Shown: positions 60,132 to 64,000 of the stretch, piece by piece
Layout of the letters: each line of letters starts with the position of its first letter
Position numbering within the stretch: the first letter of the stretch is position 1
Source: an uncultured Spirochaetota bacterium
GTDB taxonomy: Bacteria > Spirochaetota > Brevinematia > Brevinematales > JAOACQ01
Length of the DNA stretch: 64,000 nucleotides
Reading direction: 5' to 3'
Assembly (NCBI GenBank): GCA_963835575.1
Contig: CAWIGG010000002.1
Coordinates: 704,001 to 768,000 of the forward strand
Translations under genes and position numbers: made by a program
Notes under the pieces: generated by a model
Seen by the model: only the letters and a program-made list of their open reading frames with translations
Told to the model about the DNA's origin: nothing
Database searches by the model: none

Positions 60132-62063
60132 TTATTCAAGACGCATTATCTTTTTTATCAAAAAGGGCCGGGGAAAATACATAAAAGGCGTATTTTCGAG
60201 CTCAATATCGTTAGTCAGGAAGGAGTCGTAAAAGAAATTTGCTTTGAGGAACCTGAGATTTTCCATTTTAAAATCGTTTTTTTCCATGGAAAAAAATGCC
60301 CCGCCGAATATATTTATAGTAGGATCCGGCATCTCTTCTTTTCCTTTTACAAGGTATATGCCGTCCAGAGGGGAACAAATATAAACCCTGTTCAGTATAA
60401 TGGAATTTTCATTTGTGTTTTGAAACGCCCAGACCCCCTTGCCTGAAATAATAAGAACGGGTTTCCCCTCGCGTTTCGAATTGATGTTCTCGAGATAAAT
60501 GTTTTCGGTGGACAGGATAGCGGTTGGAAAGGCGGCTTCTCCCTTGACAATAAGGGGAAGTTTTGAAAATATGACTCCATACCTTGGAGGCGATGATAAA
60601 TCCAGATCAAGAATACAGGCTTCTTCTTCCTTATCGATGTAAACGCCGTCATTAGGCATTGGCGGGTATTTTTTTATAAACAAGGGAGGCGGGCGGAACC
60701 CGAGAACATCGGCGCCGTAAGGGGGAGGTGTTGTCAATTCAATTATACCGCCTCCGATCCTTGCGTCCACTCTTTTTTTTCCGACATAAATGATCGGTAT
60801 GGAAAAATGGGTGAGGGGAAAGGTCTTTCTAACACCGTCGCCGGTGCCAATATGTTCGACATAATCATGAAAAAACTTGGTTGAAATAAAACGAAGCTCG
60901 CCGGTTTCCGGATAATATTCAAAATCACTCCCCTCTATCAGCTCGTTGACAAGATTAACACGGACAATAAACAGGTTTTCAATATTTTCCGCCGCTCCTA
61001 TGGCTGAATAATCTTTTCCTCTCAAGTAAACGGTTCCCAGGTCTCCATAAGCTTCATTCGGCACTATGATAGGTAAGATTTCTTCCGAAGCTTTTAAATG
61101 GATCTTTTTATTAATGACCTGGAAAAACCCTTTATTGATATCGCCCTCGCCGTAAGAATAGACCAATGAGGGAACTTTATTTTTATCGCTGTTTTTGGTA
61201 ATTTTTTTAATATAAACACGGTTGATGGAAGGTCGGTCTATGGAGAATCTTGTTGTAACGCCGTCGCCGATGCCGATAAGGTCTTTTTCTGAAAGGAAGG
61301 GATTGACAATCTTTTTTACCGGCAGACCCATACCCCTGTCGATGATAAAAGCAGAATCCTTGTAATGACTGAAAACATTCCAGATCTTTTCAATTGTCGG
61401 AAGGTTGACTTTCTCCGTCTGCCGGGAAAAACGGATGCTGGAAGGGAATAAGGCGCTGGGGAAAGTAAAATTTTTATTGGAAAAAAGTGAATGGGGCGAA
61501 TTGGTAAAAGTCAGAGCTTTCAAATCCGGCATATTTTGAAAGTAATCCATTGAAGAATCCCTGTATAAATAGATCTGGTAATCTTTTTGGGCGGCTGCCT
61601 TCCAATCTCCATAAGAGCCGATCTTGCCGCTGATAAAGACGGAACTTCCAAGCGTACTGTCATAATCCTTTCCGTAAAACAGCACATAGTCATAAAGAGG
61701 GAAGAAGAGATACTCATATAAATAAGATATATCATATTTGTTTTTCCATTTTAAACTGGCTTTCAGGCTGTTGAGGTTTTTCTGCTTTCTGTCTATTTCA
61801 ATAGTATAAGGGATCATTTCATTTTCGTTTTTGTAGGTAAAATCGAACCTGCCCTCACTGAAATGAGACCCTCCGTTTATCAGGGCATCAAAAAATTCCT
61901 GAACCCTTCCCTGCAGAAACCATTCGCCTTCTTTAACATTCAGATCTCTTCTATAGTTCAGGCCGAAAAACGCAATCTGCGTCAGGATGACAAGTATGAT
62001 CAGGGAGAATATGGATATTGCCACCAATACTGAAACGAGAGTGGATGACTTAACCTTAAACAT
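60132..62063 (-). CDS. Large minor pseudopilin-like (PilX/GspK-like) protein
   Basis: N-terminal 'KSSTLVSVLVAISIFSLII' pilin-type helix; located in T2SS/T4P cluster. Confidence 0.5.
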   Translation of the reverse strand: MFKVKSSTLVSVLVAISIFSLIILVILTQIAFFGLNYRRDLNVKEGEWFLQGRVQEFFDALINGGSHFSEGRFDFTYKNENEMIPYTIEIDRKQKNLNSLKASLKWKNKYDISYLYEYLFFPLYDYVLFYGKDYDSTLGSSVFISGKIGSYGDWKAAAQKDYQIYLYRDSSMDYFQNMPDLKALTFTNSPHSLFSNKNFTFPSALFPSSIRFSRQTEKVNLPTIEKIWNVFSHYKDSAFIIDRGMGLPVKKIVNPFLSEKDLIGIGDGVTTRFSIDRPSINRVYIKKITKNSDKNKVPSLVYSYGEGDINKGFFQVINKKIHLKASEEILPIIVPNEAYGDLGTVYLRGKDYSAIGAAENIENLFIVRVNLVNELIEGSDFEYYPETGELRFISTKFFHDYVEHIGTGDGVRKTFPLTHFSIPIIYVGKKRVDARIGGGIIELTTPPPYGADVLGFRPPPLFIKKYPPMPNDGVYIDKEEEACILDLDLSSPPRYGVIFSKLPLIVKGEAAFPTAILSTENIYLENINSKREGKPVLIISGKGVWAFQNTNENSIILNRVYICSPLDGIYLVKGKEEMPDPTINIFGGAFFSMEKNDFKMENLRFLKANFFYDSFLTNDIELENTPFMYFPRPFLIKKIMRLE

Positions 62064-62205
62064 GACAACCACGCTTATTACTGAATTTTAATGCAACCTT
62101 ATTATAAAACAAAATTGTCTTTTTGTATATTCGCTTTAAATTTAAAGTGTTTTCTTTTACGCAAAAAACCATATTTCAGAAACCCCGGCGTTTGATTATT
62201 AACCG

Positions 62206-63396
62206 TCATTTTATTATCTGGGAAAGATTTAAGATGGGCAGGAAAAGGCTGAAAATAATAACGCCGACAATGACGCCCGTAATGAGGATGAGGATAGGCG
62301 TCAAAAGAGAGGTGATTCTCTCAACCGAGGCATCCAATTCCTTCTCATAAAAATCTGAAAGACTCCCGAAAAGCACCCCGGTTTTCCCGGATTCCTCTCC
62401 TATAGAGGCTGCCTGCACTAATAGCGGCGGAAGATAGGGATTGTCCCTTAGCGTATTGGAAAAACTTTTACCTTCGGTGATATCTTCAACCGTTTTTTGA
62501 ATATTATTTTTAAAGAGATCATAAGAGACTATGTCCCTGCTTACTTCAAGTGCATCTTTCAGGGGAACGCCGTTTTTTAGAAGAATGGAGAAAGTCCTGG
62601 AAAAAACAGAGGCTGTATTCTTCCGGATAATATTTCCGACGATGGGGAATTTAAGCATATAAGTTTCCCAGATCAGCCTTCCTTTTCCTTTTTTTATCCA
62701 TTGCCTGAAGAAAAAGACTATACTCCCTATAACGAGAAGGATTACCAGGAAATAGCGTTGTATTACCGCAGAAAACCTCACCAGAATCAGGGTGGGGAGG
62801 GGTAATTCACTGCCGAATTGAGCGTAAGTTTCCTGGAACCGTGGAATCAATACCGACATAAAAAAGCCGAGGACCAGAATGGCAACGGCTAAAACCAAAC
62901 CCGGGTATAAAAGAGCCCCCTGTACCTTCTTTTTAACCTCATCCTGCTTCTGAATATATTTATGAATATACTCGACGGTACCTGCAAGCTTACCGGACCT
63001 TTCGCCGGTTTTAACCATATATATATAGAAGGGTTTGAATATTTTTTCGAAGAGAGACAAAGCCTGTGAAAATGATTTGCCGGCATTCAATTCATTCACC
63101 AGCGTTATTATTACCCAGCGGAAACTGTTCTTGGCCGGGAATTCTTCTAAAATGATTTCCAGCGATCTGGACAGCGATATGTGAGCCGAGAGAGCCGTAG
63201 CGAGGAGCTGGGTAAAGGTTATTACCGTTTCCGGTTTTACAGAGCGTATCTTCAGGGATTGGTCCAGCAGCACCAGTTCATCCACTATCAGATTCTGCTG
63301 ATAAAGCTGATAATGAGCCTCTTCCCTTGTTTGTGCCTGAATTGTTCCAAAAAAAGATTCCCCCTCCCTGTTAAAAGCTTTATAATTATAAACCAT
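62206..63396 (-). CDS. T2SS/T4P inner-membrane platform protein (GspF/PilC)
   Basis: YNYKA, FTQLLAT, GERSGKL, ALLYP, LP.PT, GEESG, SLFLPI; start chosen from RBS (track starts at 63495). Confidence 0.92.
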   Translation of the reverse strand: MVYNYKAFNREGESFFGTIQAQTREEAHYQLYQQNLIVDELVLLDQSLKIRSVKPETVITFTQLLATALSAHISLSRSLEIILEEFPAKNSFRWVIITLVNELNAGKSFSQALSLFEKIFKPFYIYMVKTGERSGKLAGTVEYIHKYIQKQDEVKKKVQGALLYPGLVLAVAILVLGFFMSVLIPRFQETYAQFGSELPLPTLILVRFSAVIQRYFLVILLVIGSIVFFFRQWIKKGKGRLIWETYMLKFPIVGNIIRKNTASVFSRTFSILLKNGVPLKDALEVSRDIVSYDLFKNNIQKTVEDITEGKSFSNTLRDNPYLPPLLVQAASIGEESGKTGVLFGSLSDFYEKELDASVERITSLLTPILILITGVIVGVIIFSLFLPILNLSQIIK

Positions 63397-63610
63397 AAAC
63401 ATCTCCATTACTAACCGGGGTTTTGAGATAAAACCTATCTGCCTTATTATGGTTTTTTTACAACCCTTCCGGCTTTTTTGTCCAGTATTTATCATAAAAC
63501 CTCATCCTGGAATTAACAAATATTTACACTTTTCAAAAAATTCAGACCCGGCAGGGCAATTTTTTCAATGCTGCCGTTTCGGTCCGTTATGATTTCAGCG
63601 GATGCATTCC

Positions 63611-63638
63611 TTGACAAATTTAATCGGTGCATTATAAT
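63611..63638 (+). promoter_or_regulatory. Sigma70 consensus promoter
   Basis: TTGACA-N16-TATAAT upstream of pseudopilin gene. Confidence 0.55.
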
Positions 63639-63789
63639 ATAATGAGTCTTGGAATTCCTTTAATTGCAGTAAGATAGTAGTCTCGGTGATGTGGTCTTTA
63701 ATTAAAAATAGAGACATATTATATTTAATATTACTGCATTTTTTGAAGGATTATTGGTCTGTAGCGACACTGCTATACAGGAGACGCCA

Positions 63790-64000
63790 ATGAAAAGAAA
63801 AAAGGTATTGTTTACCCGGCTTCCGGCTTATACGCTGCTGGAAATGCTTATTGTACTGACTATAATAGGGATTCTTCTGACCGTAGGTCTGGCTACTTAT
63901 TCTAAAGTCCAGACAACTGCCATGATAAAATCGGCCCAGATTGAGCTCAGGCAATATCATATAGCCATTCAAAGCTTTAAAGCCGATTTGAATGCCATGC
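63790..64000 (+). CDS. Prepilin-type major pseudopilin (GspG-like), truncated by window end
   Basis: AGGAG RBS; MKRKKVLFTRLPA|YTLLEMLIVLTIIGILLTVGL...AIQSFKADL. Confidence 0.85.
   Translation, partial: MKRKKVLFTRLPAYTLLEMLIVLTIIGILLTVGLATYSKVQTTAMIKSAQIELRQYHIAIQSFKADLNAM

Overview
64 kb of bacterial chromosome. The gene content (tandem cNMP/Crp protein, DUF3996-like barrel, FlgD-Ig surface proteins) suggests a spirochete, possibly Brevinematales-like; this is inference. Housekeeping genes include clpA, nifS/nifU, rnr, rnpB, a sugar ABC ATPase, purB, mutS, tRNA-Asn, argF and argH. The window opens with a giant exported protein carrying a FlgD/T9SS-CTD-like C-terminus next to a PorV-like barrel. 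An AT-rich accessory islet (about 7.8-14.6 kb) holds two independently inserted, nearly identical IS256 copies. There is a damaged GH/GT2 pair, with the GT2 fused in frame to about 2,500 aa of Ig-like repeats, and a T2SS/type IV pilus cluster closes the window. The most striking unexplained structure is a family of intergenic inverted-repeat elements whose arms are built from 8-10 bp tandem units. They sit just after stop codons and nest inside each other. One copy encloses a frameshifted GxxExxY nuclease-like gene while others are empty, which suggests a GxxExxY-driven mobile or REP-like system. Other oddities are the same 60-nt hairpin in two helices of RNase P RNA, [T/S]-N enrichment in exported proteins, and several single-lesion pseudogenes.
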